From: an uncultured Gemmatimonadales bacterium
GTDB lineage: Bacteria > Gemmatimonadota > Gemmatimonadetes > Longimicrobiales > RSA9
Direction of reading: 5' to 3'
NCBI GenBank assembly: GCA_963798845.1
Contig: CAWCUS010000001.1
Coordinates: forward strand, 480,001-544,000
DNA length: 64,000 nucleotides
Shown: piece by piece, positions 63,765 through 64,000 of the stretch
Layout of the letters: every line of letters starts with the position of its first letter
How positions within the stretch are numbered: position 1 is the first letter of the stretch
The notes under the pieces: generated by a model
What the model was told of the DNA's origin: nothing
What the model saw: the letters and a program-made list of their open reading frames with translations, nothing else
The model's database searches: none
Translations under genes and position numbers: made by a program

Positions 63765-64000
63765 GGCTGCACCCCCGTCGCGCGCGCCAGGGCAAGCGCG
63801 GCGCTCGCGGTGCGCAGCGCGACGACGTCCTCCAGCACCTGCCGCTGGGCGTCCCGGGCGCTCCGCTGCGCTTCCAGCACGCTCGCCAGCGGGTACGCCC
63901 CCTCCTCGTAGGCGGTCACCGACAGCCGGGCCACGCGCTCGGCGCTCTCGAGCGCCTGCCGGTCGACGGCCAGGCGCGAGCGGGCCAGGTCGCGGCCCCG
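63761..64000 (-). CDS. TolC family outer membrane protein, 3' end (partial)
   Basis: Frame open from the window end: ...SVTAYEEGAYPLASVLEAQRS...LARATGVQP*; stop overlaps the adaptor ATG. Confidence 0.8.
   Translation of the reverse strand, partial: RGRDLARSRLAVDRQALESAERVARLSVTAYEEGAYPLASVLEAQRSARDAQRQVLEDVVALRTASAALALARATGVQP

Overview
Very GC-rich, gene-dense bacterial chromosomal window. A Gemmatimonadota/Acidobacteriota-like origin is inferred only from gene content (PadR plus duplicated orphan permease, orphan GvpL/F, many TonB/ECF genes). It holds about 55 CDSs. Housekeeping and repair genes are mutS, priA, sucA, carB, trpS, ddl, an EF-G paralog, an imuA-imuB cassette without dnaE2 and a divergent UDG-like gene. 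It also carries sulfur amino-acid enzymes, an ECF sigma/anti-sigma/TonB unit, a glucoamylase plus pentose-phosphate operon with a frameshifted ROK kinase, and an RND efflux operon cut by the window edge. No rRNA, tRNA, CRISPR array, transposase or integrase was seen. The most unusual signal is a palindromic element family with arms starting TGACACGAAGG and built from CGAAG-N4 units. One copy is intergenic at 4700-4983 and abuts the imuA promoter. A second copy lies inside carB and accounts for most of an in-frame insertion of about 90 aa. Other signals are a candidate non-canonical SOS box, further structured repeats, several proteins with altered catalytic or ligand motifs, and an apparent 5' G-ending to 3' C-ending synonymous codon gradient along transcription units. 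Family calls come from motif recognition by eye; no searches were run.
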